Source: Tubulanus polymorphus (taxonomy: Eukaryota > Animalia > Nemertea). From it: 64,000 bases of DNA. The notes under the pieces were generated by a model. That model ran no database searches and was not told the origin of the DNA. It was given only the letters and a program-made list of their open reading frames with translations. Within the stretch, counting starts at the first letter, position 1. The number at the start of each line of letters is the position of its first letter. The DNA lies in NCBI RefSeq assembly GCF_964204645.1, contig NC_134034.1:5926914-5990913 (forward strand), given 5' to 3'. Below, in pieces: positions 26,201-39,551 of the stretch. The translations under genes and the position numbers were made by a program.

Positions 26201-26900
26201 TGTGTCGGGAATTGTTACGTCATGTCAGTTACCAGTAACGCACTCCCCTCAGTTCAGGTAACCCCGCCTATGTAAGCCGCGCATGAATTTATGCTGTATT
26301 GTGTAGAGAAATAAATTAGAGTTTACTTAGTCACCATACATACTGGTCGTTGTTCACCTCTCCGGCGGTCTTCATGCTTTTACTCAGCACCTGGAACATT
26401 TAATGTGGCAATCTTAGCCCACATTTTGGTGCCGTGACGAGGATATACAAGCAGTAAATTCGGAAACTCAGAGATGCCGTCGAAAGAAGAAATAATTCGA
26501 AATGCGCAAATTTGACGGATGACGACACTTTTTGATCAGGTGAGGGAGTTACTTCATTCGGAAAGTGACGAAAGCCTAGTCAAATTGTCTGGCTTCATAA
26601 CTAGAATACGTACAAAATTGGAAGTTATCGCGGGATATGATTCGGGACTGATTGCGAACGCGGAGTTAGGGAAACTCGAAGACCTCGTGTGTGAAACCGA
26701 TGAGTAAATGAACTATCAACCTTCATCGGTCACCTCAAACGGAAAAAGAATAAAATCTAACCGACAACGCGTATGAAACCGAGCAACAAAACAATGCGAA
26801 AAGACCGATCCAGTTGCCGAAGTTATCTTTGCCAACATTCGATGGCGAGATTCTGAAATGGTAAACGTTCTTCAATGAATTTTTCTCGGCAGTTTTCAGG
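26201..26900 (+). mobile_element. BEL/Pao LTR retrotransposon 5' fragment (LTR, PBS, gag start)
   Basis: TGT...ACA LTR-like segment ~26201-26423 with AATAAA. PBS TGGTGCCGTGACGAGGAT at 26427-26444 (tRNA-His-like). gag motif IQLPKLSLPTFDGEILKW. Confidence 0.8.
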
Positions 26901-27863
26901 TGGAAATAGGTCAGATGGCATGAAAATCGACTGTGGCTGAGTAGATCAGGCGTTGATGTTTCAAAGGGTGTAGCCACAATGCTCGGATCATCGGGGTAGA
27001 CAAATTATAAGAAGATAAACGAAAACTTCACCTCGTTGATCGTCAGTTGATTTTGCTGTATTTTTTTCACCTGGATAAATCAACACATCATTCAGTTCAA
27101 AATCTGTGTTCAGTAGAATTTCTTTCAATAAAATGAAAATTTATTTCACTAATTTTATATGTTCAAGATTGAATTTGAAATGATCTCAAAAACAGAGAAC
27201 GCATTCTTCAGAAATTTAGAAAATCCTAAACTCATAATCAAATTCTGTGAAGTCAGTTAAAGCCTTTTGCTCGAAACAAGCCGAGTGCTCAGGTGGCTGA
27301 CATTCAATTCCTCGATGTCCTATAATGCCGAGTACGATGGAGTTTACAAACTGAAAAACATTGAGCTGTGTGGGTGTAATTTGGATAAGTCAGCAATATA
27401 ATGACCGCCCTGCCCCGCTGCATCTGAGACATAAACAAGTTAGACTGTATCGCTTCGATGCTTTGACAAACAGACTCCTAAAGAAAGATGACCTGCCAAA
27501 TCAAATGTAAATTAAGAAAGAAAACATAAAATTAATTGATCAATCAATGCATCTTGCGTCTTCGAAAGAATTTTCCAGAAATATTTCTGGCCAACACCAG
27601 CCTCGACACGAGATTTTTTTAAAGTTGATGTAACTCTCACCAGGGGACCATATCTTCGGTATCCTCAAAGCCATTTTGATTAGGCTTGGTACATCAGTAC
27701 TTTTAACGTGGCAGCCTTTATGGATCCACATATCCAGCATATTGTTGAAACAGGTTGTGCTTCGATGAAATCTTTTTTACGCTTCCCAGTGCGACATATG
27801 AACCAGTTAAGCAGAAACCCGTTATCGCTACTATGCAGCTATGTTTCAATATTTCAATTCTAT

Positions 27864-29730
27864 TGAATGAACGAACGAACGAACGAACGAACGAACGAAC
27901 GAACGAACGAACGAACGAACGAACGAACGAACGAACGAACGAACGAACGAATGAATGCTTTATTCTCTCAATTTACAAATAAGTGATATACGCACATCAA
28001 TACAATTCGAGAAAAGGACATCTCCAAGCCGGGGGCTGTACCATAAGGGGAGATGCCCTGTAACTATTATATAATAATGAATACTATTATAATGAAGTAA
28101 TGATAATAATAATATTAATGATAATAATAATAATGACGACGACGACGGTCATATTAATGGTAATAACAAACATAATTATCATAATCAGTAATAGCACATA
28201 GTGAACAACAATAAATCGTTTTCGAGAAAGACAGTGATGAGGGAATTGCTGTTATTTCTATCGAGGTTTCTCTATATAATTAATTGTAGTTATCCAAGGT
28301 TTGTTTCTTGAATAGATACGAAAGAGATTTGATGCTAGATGACGTACGAAGACAGTCGGCAGCGTTGTGCCAGGTGCGTGGCATCTGAGCAAGAAATGAT
28401 TTGCTATAAAGTTTTGTATTTATGAAATGCAGCTCTGGGATAATTTAGTTGTCTGGTGTATGGTGATGGAAGTTTGAGTTCTGCTGAAAGATATTTTGTA
28501 ATGGAATTGGGAGCTTGTTGATAGTGTATCGATATCCAAGTTTTATAATCTCTAAGTTAATTAGATCTTGAAATTTAAGGATTTTTTATTTTCAAAAAAT
28601 AGTATCTGTGGAGGCATTATATGACGCGTTATCTATAAGTCGTATTGCTTTCTTTCTGAATTGTGAATATGGTTTTACATTGGCAGGACGGCAACATAGG
28701 ACCCCATATAATAAGTGCGTAGGTAAGGTGTGTTTGAATATAACTCGTATACAGAAGTCTTTTCGACCAACTTGGAATAAGATATAAATTTTTGTTAAGC
28801 TTATTTACCAACCGTTTAACATGATGGTCCCAATTTAAACTGTCATCAATCCATAATCCAAGAAATTTGGAGGATTTATCCAATTTAAGAATTTCACTGC
28901 CGAAACATATCTGCAAATTTGATTTCTATAATGTTGTTTTCTTTTGTCTCAAATTATATACATTTTGTTTTATCGATATTAAGGGTAAGCTTGTTAGCGT
29001 TGAACCAATCACTTGTTTAGATCATATTTGGTGTTGTATATTAGTGAGTTGATATTTCTGTTGGAAATTAATAAGTTTGTGTCATCTGCAAAGGAGATAG
29101 CTTTAGCATAACGTATATTTCAGTGAAGATCATTGACGTAGATTAGAAAAAACAAAGGCCCTAAGACCTTGAGGTACACCGAAATTAACTTCTTTATCGG
29201 TAGAATATTCATCGTCATATTTAACAAACATTTTACGATTAGTGAGATATGGTCTAAACCAATTGTAAGCATAACCTCTGATACCATAGAACGATAATTT
29301 ATATAGTAATATATCAAGAGAGTCAAAAGCCTTGAACAAGTCTAGGAAAAGTCGTTGGGAGCTAACACCCTTTTCCAGATTTTGTATTACGTTGCCAATA
29401 AATTCGGTAATAGCATGGCTAGTTTAATGATTCGATCTAAATCTGTACTGACTGATATTAAGAATTTTATGCGTACTCAAAATTTGATAGAGTCTATGTA
29501 CTAATTTTTAAAGTATTTTTGATAATACTAGGAGTAAGGAGATAGGTCTATAGTTGTTTAGCAGCTCCTTATTTCCAGTTTTGAAAAGAGGAATTACCTT
29601 TGAGATTTTCCTGCTATCCGGGAATTAACGCTCTTGGAGTGATTTGTTACACAGTATGGTTAATGGCTGTGTTATGCTAGTCGATGTGAGTAAGGATTTT
29701 ATTACTGAGTAAATCATTGACTCGATGAAT
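27864..29730 (-). mobile_element. Degenerate CR1-group LINE 3' half with (TTCG)n tail
   Basis: Motifs NYRPISLL, KAFD, GVPQG, FADD and KFLGLWID. On the minus strand AATAAA is followed by a CATT/(TTCG)n tail. Confidence 0.85.
27866..27957. repeat. (GAAC)n microsatellite
   Basis: Direct reading; this is the LINE tail. Confidence 0.95.
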
Positions 29731-29839
29731 TCACCACTATAGTTCCATAATCACTATATCCTATGGTAATTTTGCCATAAAAACCACAGGGGCTCCAGTG
29801 GCGGATCCAGGGAACAAAATCTGGGTACAGCTCGAAGTA

Positions 29840-30318
29840 CTAGAATGAGGCAAGCCTCGAATGCCCCCCGCCTGAAATTCACCGCCACGCGAAAGTTACA
29901 GGGTTTGTGGTAAATGCGTTAGAAATATCGAGGCAACAATTATTTCTATCTATTTCCTCTAGGCTGTTAACGTCGTTTTTCATGTCGGCCCCCTGGTGGC
30001 CATAATTTGAACCGAATCGACCCAATTATAAATTGGGTTCTGGCTCAGTGATATCCTACTTGTGCACCAAGTTTGAAATTATTCGGTCACCAATTGCGGC
30101 CCCTAGGCTGTTAACATCGTTTTTCATGTCGGCCCCTGGTGGCCATGATTTGAATCAACCCAATTTAAATGGGGTTCTGGCCCTAGTGACACCCTACTTG
30201 TGTACCAAGTTTGGAAACAGTCGGTCAATGATTGCGGCCTCTAGGCTGTAAACGTCACTTGCAGCGGCGTATTCAAACGGGGGTCAATCTATATGCCCCT
30301 CTCAACTAAAGTTGAGCC
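29840..30318 (+). mobile_element. Non-autonomous Helitron/Helentron-like element with ~140-bp internal tandem repeats
   Basis: Units start CTAGGCTGTTAAC at ~29959, ~30102 and ~30240. TGCCCC motifs lie near both ends and there is a terminal hairpin CTCAACTAAAGTTGAG. Confidence 0.55.
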
Positions 30319-30319
30319 G

Positions 30320-33300
30320 TCTCAACTAAATTCAGTTCGGTTTCTCGATTTTCGTTTCTGAAAAATAACAATTTTTGTTTTGGCACAGTTAATTTTAAGC
30401 TTCCAAAGTTTGCCATATTTTACTAAGGTGTCCAAGGCGTGCTGGAGTCTTTCTGCGGCTCTGATAAAATTAGCGTATCGTCTGCGTATAGAAGTTATAG
30501 AAGTTTCAACCAAACTGTGTTATCATCACCCTCTATATTAATAAAACTACAGCCTGCATTAGCCATAAAACACTCTAGATCGTTTATGTAAATAGAAAAT
30601 AATACTGGTGATAAATTGTCGCCCTGTCTTAAACCAATAAAACAGATTTGTTTCCGTTCATCTGTACACATGATTTGATATTAGCATATATATTTTGGAT
30701 GATTCTTAAAATGTTACCATTTACACCCGTCCGGTATTCAACAATTTTTGCCATAGTGCTTAACGCCAGATTTTGTCGAAAGCCTTCTCGTAGTCTATGA
30801 AGGCGCAGTATAATCTTTTCTTATTTGCAGAGAAGATACATATACTTTTCAGGGTAAATATGTGGTCGTTTACCCTGTGGTTTTTACGGAAGCCCGCTTG
30901 GTTTAGGTTTAACAGACCATTTATTTCTAGGAATATACTGAGCCTGGTACAATGATACTAGTGAAAGTTTTACCTAGGCAGCTTAGTAGAGTTATTCCGC
31001 TGTAATTATCAGGTGATGTGGGTCATCCTTTATTTTTATAAATTGGTATTATTGATCCTAAAACCCAGTTGTCTGGAATGATTCCTGTAGTAATAGTTTC
31101 ATTTAATAGGACGACAAGAATTGGGGATAACACAGGTTCTGCATTTTTTAGAATTTCGTTAGTAATATCGTCAAGGCCAGGGGCTTAATTGTTTTCAAAT
31201 TTCGTATAACTTTGGAGATTTCGGACTGTGAAACTGCCAATTCATGATCAACTGGGTTCATAATCTAGATTATCCATTGTGATATTTTCTAGGTCGGCGT
31301 CTATGTTTTCGTTTGAGAAAGTCGGCTTTGAGTTTAGTTGGCGAAAGTGGTTGGTTAAGTCATTGATATTTGCTAGGCAGGGGGAACGGACTTTGTCCTT
31401 TAGGAGTTTCCATAGGTCTCTGGGGTTAGACCTTTTAAGGTTCTTAATGCGTTTATTTAGTTTATCTATTCAATTTTGGTTGTCGGTTTTAACAGAGCTT
31501 TTGTACAGTCGAAAAAGGCGATTTAGTCTGGCTTTATTTTCTTCTGTTTTATGTTTAGCATAGTGCCGCTTAGCTTGGCGATAATTCCTTCTACATTGTT
31601 TACTTTTGCTACTAAGATTCGATTTGGGTCGGGCGCTTGTGTTTCTAATATTAGGACTGCGGGGATTTGTAATTCCCATGATATTTGTAGCTACCTTTTT
31701 TAGACTGTCGCAGATAAGATCATTTGCCTGATTTGGATTTATTTCGCCAGTTCCAAGGTTGTTAGTATATCGCTGAAATCGATGGCTTCCATTTCACATG
31801 AATATTCATTGGTTTTATTTGGGTCCCATTTAATTCTACCTCGATTAACTTGTATATTTTCTTCTTGGGGGGACCCATAGCTACTTTTAAAGTTAAATAT
31901 GCCGCGAATCGGGCAATGTACATCAGACACGGCCCGTTCAAAATCAAGTATACGAAGATCCGAGATTACTGGGAATAGATCAGGCGACGCGTTCATATAG
32001 TCAACTGTATGGTGGTTAATCCCTTTTACACACGTAAAATCGCCAATAAGTCTATCGTGGCCGACCCTACCGTTTACCATGAACAAAGAATACCTTTTGC
32101 AAAATTCGAGGCGCTTTCGGCCATAATTATTCACACTTTGGTCCCTATTATATCTAGTTAAATAACCGTGATCATTCAAATACGATACGGTGTCGATCGT
32201 ATCACCGAGTGCTTCGTGAAGGTGAGGTTCGTTACCATGAAATCATCATTGTTTGTTGGGAAGTAATCTAGAAGGTTTTTCGTATGGGCGTTGAAGTCAC
32301 CACACATGATAATATGGTTGTTTTCAATATCTTGTTGACATCATATGGTCTAGCTCGTTAAAAAGGTTAACATCGCCTTGTTTCAGGGCTGATGTAACTA
32401 CCACATATAACAATATATAACATATAACAAGAAAATAACCTCGGTCTAGTTCGACCCACAGACTCACTTTGTTGGACACATTTTCAACACAATCTTTATT
32501 AAGTTTATTTCTCATCAGGATTGCGATACCACCGGATCTTCTAATGGATAGGTCCTTTCTATTGTGAGGAAAAACGATATATCCCAAATCATGTGCGAAT
32601 GTCTCGATCCATAGCTTATCGGTAGTGTCTAATTTCGTTTCAGTTAGTACAATTATATCGTTTTTCACATATTAACTGTTCTAGTTTTTGACCGTAGTCC
32701 ACACACGTTTAGGCACAGAATGGTTAAATCGAATTGGCGCGACTGTTGGTCAACGCTGCAATCCTATTCGGAGATTAGGACTTTGTTTGCTTGGCTCAGG
32801 ATATCGCTAAGAACTGGTTCTGTTGCGGAGATATTCATGTTCGTTGCCGGACGTACTGGGTGTTGGAGCACAGGCGTCTGGTGTTTCTATGGGTTGGAGT
32901 GATGGCTGCTGATCTAACGTAAAGATCTGGGTTTGACCGGAATCGTTAGACGGTATCCTACGTCGTTTGGGGTTTCTCTGAGATCTATTGACCTGCGTAG
33001 GTGCGGAATCTGGTGTTGCGGAAAATTGCGTACTGTCAAGTTTGCTAAAAGATATTCTTCTGTCTTTTTAGGAGGAATGAAAGCTTTGGTTCTCATCGGG
33101 GGTTCGTTGTCGACGGGGCCGGTTTTCGGTTTCGGGGTTTTGTCAATCAGTCGTCCGTTACTGGCAAGTTTTAGATAGTTGCCTCCAGGCATCATTTTCA
33201 ATATTCTTTGAGTGTTGATTTCATGGAGTCTCTCAGTGGCTCTTGCTGCTACGAATCCAAACTTTTTCGAAATTCGGGATTCTAAGAAGTGCATTTTTCG

Positions 33301-33780
33301 CTCTTAAGACTGCTATTTTCGTTTTTTTATCCTGCATGGCAAACTTAACTATACCAGGGTATGTTGGGTTACGGCTTTTTAGACGGATAGGTTTTACCAC
33401 TTTCACTTCTCGGTTAAGCCCGAGTTTTTTTATAACGTTTTCACATTTTTTGGTCACGTTTTCGTTCTCGGCGTAGGGAAGGTTTGTTACAACGAGATTT
33501 ACATCTGTGTTTTCCAGAGGGTCACGTGGTTGATCATTGTTTATCGTGCACTTGAGCTCTATGCACAGGTTTTCGAGTTTTTTTATATCCTTTACTGCCT
33601 CTTTCAGCTCTTTGTCTAATGTAACAATTTTCTGGCCTGCTTTTTTAAGCTCGACTGATTTTGAACTGTTTTCCTTCTTTAAATCCTCATAGGCCTGAGA
33701 GTTAAAATCCACGGATTTAGTCAGATCTCTCATGTGGTCATCATGTTGCTCCACCTGTTTGCATAGCTTTTGTAGGTTAC
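30320..33780 (-). mobile_element. Degenerate RTE-X-like LINE: ORF1 (coiled coil plus RRM-like), APE endonuclease, RT; 3'-truncated
   Basis: ORF1 33233-33754. APE motifs LTETK, SGGI, GDFNA, SDVHCPI. RT motifs GITLLSCLGK, QAGFRK, FIDYEKAFD, GLRQGDNLSP. Confidence 0.85.
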
Positions 33781-36700
33781 CAGTCTCTTTTTTATTCGGT
33801 TTTTAATTGTTACTATTTATTTATCGTGTTCACTCCTGCTTTATGGATGAATTAAGTGGATTTGATTTGAATTACTAATAACTGCCTCAAATCGTCTCGA
33901 TGCACCTGATTGAAGCAATAAATCTTAATTGAAATCACCCGTCTATTTTTCTTAAACTTTCTTTCATTCGAACATCTACAAAAGATATTTTGATTCCCGA
34001 GACCCCTCTGATACATAATCACGAAGAAATGAATTTTCAGGGAGGTACGAAAGTGCAATAACACCCGCCCTGATTAACAAGTGGGGATTCAGTGCCGCGA
34101 TTGAGCATATAGTTCTTGAGAAGTTGTTAAGTCGCGATTTTATTTCCTATCAAGAGACTTGCGCATGCATAGTTTAATTAAATCTTGAAGTGACAACTAG
34201 TCAGCCATCTATTTAATGTTATTGTTTAAAAAGGCAAAGGACAATATTATTTCATACAATCAAATGTCACGGTCAATTCATTGTTATCTAGCACAATTCG
34301 TAGGTAAAAACATATCGATTTGGCGTATTTATTCCTGCCTATCATTGTGTTTTTTGAAAATTACAGATTAGCGGATAATGTAACTGCATGATTGGTATAA
34401 TTTTAGGGAACGATAAATGAAGCGACAGTCTCGCCGTAGCGCTCCACGACGCTTATTTAAGTGGCATTATTAAAACAGTAGTAATATGTTTTCATTAGTA
34501 TTTGGAAAACTGGACCTCGAGAGTACAATACATTTAGTCCTCTAGTTATGAAAAAGTATAATCATTCTTGTCATTGATCATATTTGTCTCAGTTATGTCA
34601 TGTTTGACTTGCAGTTAATTGGTATGTAATGAGTGTAACGTGGACAGGGAATAAGCTGAAATGAATGATAGCATTGCTTTCTTAATATTTCTATCCATTC
34701 TAGAAAATTGAAAGAAATAAACAGATTTAACTGGAAAAGTAATACGCAGTAAAAATTGACCTACAGTATATAGACCTACGTAGCGGTTACCAAAAAACCA
34801 TTGCACCTGTAAACTGTCATCTGGCAACTGAATTTTTTCATGTTATGCGATAGCGATCGCAATATGGCACCAGCTTGATGATATTTAGAATCAGCCTATA
34901 TAACGAACTCGAACACATCGATCAGTAGTGAGCATATTGTAGGATCGTTTAGACCTGTACAACAATCATGAAGAACACAGTATACTGCACGCAAGTGCGT
35001 TTAGACCTATACAACTATCGTGAATAACCATGTGGCTATAGAAATATTGATCCTACCATAGCCGTCACGCATACAATCATGTCATATATCTCAAAAGCGA
35101 GCATGTACACTACGCGACGGATTCTCGTGCGTCTTATTTTCTTGGCGAATTTTATCATTTTTAGTAAGTAAACGTGATATTTTTTGGAGATATATTGCGC
35201 TATTATACAGAAATCATTCATCGAGCAATTTAACTAGAAATAGATTTTTCATTAGAACGGTCACGGTCGTTGGGGGTTTTGACCATTGCCATATCTATAC
35301 TTGGGAAATATAATTGCCTAGAAAGGAATACCTATCATAACCAGTGAACTATAACTTTAACGCCACAAATATTGATAGACGATGCTAATGTCCATTTCAA
35401 CTTGATTTGATAGCGCATCGTGTAGCCTAGCGAAGTCAGTTTTAGGTTCAACCTAAGTTAAACCTCATTTTCAAAATACTATCACTAGCATCCATAACTA
35501 TTGAATATCTGTGACAATTCCTCCAAACTCGGTACCATTTTCTTCCCATGAAATTTTCTCTGAGTTAGGAAAATTACTGCGTGAGCGTACACAGATTATG
35601 AACAAAATGATCGTTATAGTTTTTATCTACATGGTCTAGAGTTGCCCCTAACTCTGACTTTGCACCATGAACAAGAGGAGGTTCCGGTGTATACTTAGCA
35701 TCTTTGCATTGCTGTGCGTAGGACATTTGTATATTTCCCGAGTTTTGTATTTTTCACGAGGAACTTACTGTGCATGGCTAATATATTACATGACTCAATT
35801 TAATTCAATTTATAGATAACATCATCCCTCTGTTTTTCTTTTCATTATGGAATACAAAGCCTATAATATTTAGTCCATACTGCATTCCTCGTATTCCATT
35901 TAAGGCCAGCCGTAGGCTGAGCCTATTATTATACAAATGGAGCGAATTTAAAATGACATGGTTTCTAGAGCTAAGGCCCCGTGCAACTGAGCATATACTC
36001 ATACGAATAATTCATTAAAGCATTATCCATTCTCCTAATCTTTGCGAGCCGAATTTTGAAAAAGGGCCTCGTTAAAATATATATGAGCTTTTTCACGTAA
36101 ATCTGAACGCAAAAATATCTATTTTAAAAAGCCAATCAGAAAGCAAAGACCTCTGTATGATTGGACCGCAGATATCATCAAGTGTTCACGTGAACCAGGG
36201 GAATCATCAACTGTATTACTTTAGGGTTTTACTTTAACACTTAAGATTTTTTTTTTCAAGATCGATATCTGTGAGATCTTTCGGTGATTTGGTTTTTGGA
36301 AGTAATATTTTTATTTGCATTACAGAATATATCATTAACAATTATGCAAAGTCTGGGATAAAAAGCTTTTTCTCAAATCGCATGGATGACTTTGATATGC
36401 TTCAGCTGCAAATTCAATCATATTTAAATCAGCAAAAATATCAAGTTCAATTTTACTTTATTGAATTGATAAAACATCAAATCCAATTCAATTTTGTTTT
36501 ATTCAGCAAATTTCAGAAAATTCAATTCTATTCCGCTTTCAAATCCATAAGACCGAGGGAAAATATTTTTCTGAGGTGTTCCAGCCAGCTCCATCTCTGT
36601 GCTACTTATTAAAACATGGTTGTACTGTGTAAACTACGTATAGGTATTGACTGTGAGCTGGGAGTGTATTTTGACAAATGTTGCTTGTAACCCACAGAAT

Positions 36701-36832
36701 GCATCATTTGACATTTACTGAAAGGCTGGCAGGCTGGCCCTTGGGGCTCTTATTTATATCTACCCGTCCATTTGACGCGCATTTGGCGAGTAGGTTAAAA
36801 GCTATGAACGGTAGTCATTTTCATCTCATCAG

Positions 36833-37024
36833 ATGCTGCTTTAGTCACTGCTAGAGGTGGGAGAGGTGGAGGTAGTCGGGGCGGAGGTTACCGAGGAGGA
36901 AGTCGAGGAGGAACTTCCAGCACTGGCACGGGAAGCCGGGCATATCGAGCGGCCATTGTTGGTGGAACTATATACGGCTCAGCGGCATTCATGAGGAGAG
37001 GTCGATATTCTTCTAATTCCGCAG
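36833..37024 (+). CDS. Shisa-like gene exon: end of signal peptide, RGG-rich tract, hydrophobic segment
   Basis: CAG acceptor, GTAAAT donor, 192 bp, phase 1-1. Reads AALVTARGGRGGGSRGGGYRGGSRGG...RAAIVGGTIYGSAAFMRRGRYSSNSA. Confidence 0.8.
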
Positions 37025-37938
37025 GTAAATTAATTTGTGTGGTACCCTAAGACGAACTGTCGCCATGGTCAATTGGGAAATTCGAGCGTGAAAAGTGCAT
37101 TATACATTCAAATTCATTCGTTTATTCATCATTTCCGTGAATTAGAAATACTAGACGAATCGGCCCCACTCCGCGCGGTTGCGCCACCGCGCGGTATTTA
37201 CGCGAAGCAGCAGAACACAAACATGGCCACTCTCTCAATTTTCAATGATAGAAATCGTGTGTGCATTTCAATTATTTCGGCTGTTAGGTTTTTAAGGCAC
37301 AATATAAGTTGATGATGTGATATGGCGATGTTAATTAATGATAATTCCGCAGTGAAGCTAGTCACGAACGGTGCCGATTGAGTGTACAGCTGCAATAAAA
37401 CACTGAAATGTGCGTAGTTGCGTAACTATTTGCAGTGAATTGCAGACGAAACATGAAGCCTAAACGGCCGTTTAAAAAAAAATTATACCAATCGCAATTG
37501 TAAAATGAAAATGAGATAGAACCTAAGTTAAAATTCTGGCCATTTCTAAAATGTTATTACTAATTTTTTGTCAGTGCGGAACGTTTAGTTTTCCAACAAT
37601 AATGAGGGGTGGTAGGTAGTAATGCAATTCAAGTCATCATTTATCACACGTTACTTCTGTGTTGTTGAAAATCTCGCGAGTCCTGGACCAAACCCCAATG
37701 AACGATGTGATCTGTGTGCTGGCCACAAATGCACACAGATCACACTACACTACCCATTACACACTCCAGTACCCACAGGTGTCCTTCTTCCTGGATTTTA
37801 TTAGATGTAGATCTATGTAGAGGTACACATTCTTACGTATTTAACTTGAAAAATATAAATGGTGGAATATATTATTTCCGATCCGGATGACGTACTATAC
37901 GCCCTATATCAGTGATTAATTGTTCATCGTTTTTTCAG

Positions 37939-38092
37939 ATCCAACAGTTTGCACAAACTTCAAGATTGTTGAGAACATCACTCGATTCCCATTGGGACGT
38001 TTTATTTGCCCAATATCAGACTCTATGAGCGATGATTACACATATTGCTGCGGTAACGACGGAGAACAAACTTGTTGTACATTTTGGGACGA
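37939..38092 (+). CDS. Shisa-like gene exon: Cys-rich extracellular domain
   Basis: TTTTTCAG acceptor, GTAAGT donor. PTVC...RFICP...YTYCCG...TCC is the six-Cys Shisa/CX-type pattern. Confidence 0.88.
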
Positions 38093-38195
38093 GTAAGTGG
38101 TTGATTGTACATGTATCTGATGTTTCTGTATATCCATAGACTATTTATAAGATCTAGTACCTTGATCAAGGTTTGGAAAAACTATTTCGTTGCAG

Positions 38196-38311
38196 TGGCG
38201 GGCGCACTGCAGGTGCCATCATAGGATTTGTATTACTTGGCGTATGTATAGCGGGTGGTATCGTGATCCTTTACAAATTGATGATAAAAAATAAGAAAAC
38301 CAGCCCATCGA
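38196..38311 (+). CDS. Shisa-like gene exon: transmembrane helix
   Basis: TGCAG acceptor, GTAAGT donor. GAIIGFVLLGVCIAGGIVILY is followed by basic KLMIKNKK. Confidence 0.88.
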
Positions 38312-38392
38312 GTAAGTTGCGCTGTTGAAATTGTTCTCAATAAGTGTGTGGATACATACAAACATAATAATAATATTGTATCTGGATTGTAG

Positions 38393-38545
38393 CGACGCCA
38401 GCCGGTGACACTCCGATGAATGCACATCGGACTCATCAGTATGATAATTGGTCGAAATATCCTTCAAACACAGATCAAGTCGATTTCTACCCACCGCAAT
38501 CAGCACATCCAGTCCAGCCTTTTTATCCAGTGACGAATACAATGA
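38393..38545 (+). CDS. Shisa-like gene exon: Pro/Tyr-rich cytoplasmic tail
   Basis: TAG acceptor, GTAAAT donor, phase-compatible with neighbours. Reads TPAGDTPM...FYPPQ...QPFYPVTNTM. Confidence 0.75.
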
Positions 38546-39026
38546 GTAAATTTAAAATTTTAACACGTTGACAGTGTACAGGCTTTGAGATATCTAGTTT
38601 CTCAGATATAGGGATAAAGGCCTAACTTGCGATGGGAGAAGTATATCTATGAAATTTTGCGAGTGCCAAATACGTCGTTTCAATGAGAAAATGTTGGTCC
38701 AACATTGACAGAAAATAACAATGTGTACAGATGATGTTCATATTGTGATTGGTTATTTAAGTTGAAACTTTGATATTGATATTTTCAACAACAACAAAAA
38801 TTTCAACTGATCTAAAAACCTGTTTGCCACAAATGCCATGTTTCCGACTCGGCTGGCCATATTTTAATCGTGCATTCGAGGATGACCATTGCACTGTTCA
38901 TGGCATTTCCCTACGACGATTTAGTCGTAATTTCAATTTCCGGACGTGGTCGAGAAACTAGTTATCATATTGAGCCTATTTGTTATTGTACAAGTAGATA
39001 AAGACGGTTATATTCTAACATTTCAG

Positions 39027-39070
39027 AAATGGAACCACCTCCTTACTCTGCTGGCCCAACTCGCTATTGA
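39027..39070 (+). CDS. Shisa-like gene last coding exon with PPPY motif
   Basis: TTTCAG acceptor. Reads MEPPPYSAGPTRY-stop. Confidence 0.82.
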
Positions 39071-39551
39071 ATTGATTTGCATGTCTACATGTCGCTGGTC
39101 GCTGATGTTATAATGTATGATAGTGTCGACGACAGTTTTTGTCTTCTGCTATGAAAGTCATTTTTGTAATGCAGGGCAGTTTAATTTGCCGTGAATAAGT
39201 GGGATCATTTCATAACGTGTGAATATCATGTGGTACTAATGATCTGAAACCGTGGATGCCACAGTAAACAGATATATAGTAAACAAAGATGTAGAGTAGT
39301 TTAATTGTGCCCGTGGAGGCCACAAGTAACAGGGTAAAAGGTAGTAGAAAACAATTGTGTTAAATCCGGAAAACTATAATTCCGCACGATGCGTCGAACC
39401 TCTGGACTACTTTGCCAGTTATGCGCTTGACCAATTAGGCTAACCAGTATGTATACATTTGCATGACAAACTTTGCAACATATGCAACAGTATTTCAACA
39501 GATGTGGTAAATTAGGTCAGCCCTGTGTTTTGGAGCCCAAGCTGCCCTGTA

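Noticed and set aside
27380-27480. GGHYIA resembling a USP His box on the minus strand
   Set aside because: A short isolated match with no Cys box or sustained reading frame.
27755-27982. ORF with ERTN repeats; also the poly-Tyr ORF at 7268 and the IY ORF at 46075
   Set aside because: These are translations of microsatellites.
36560-36750. ATG...G|GTATTG as first exon of the Shisa-like gene
   Set aside because: The segment is a dispersed repeat also present at ~60045-60190, and it gives a poor signal peptide.
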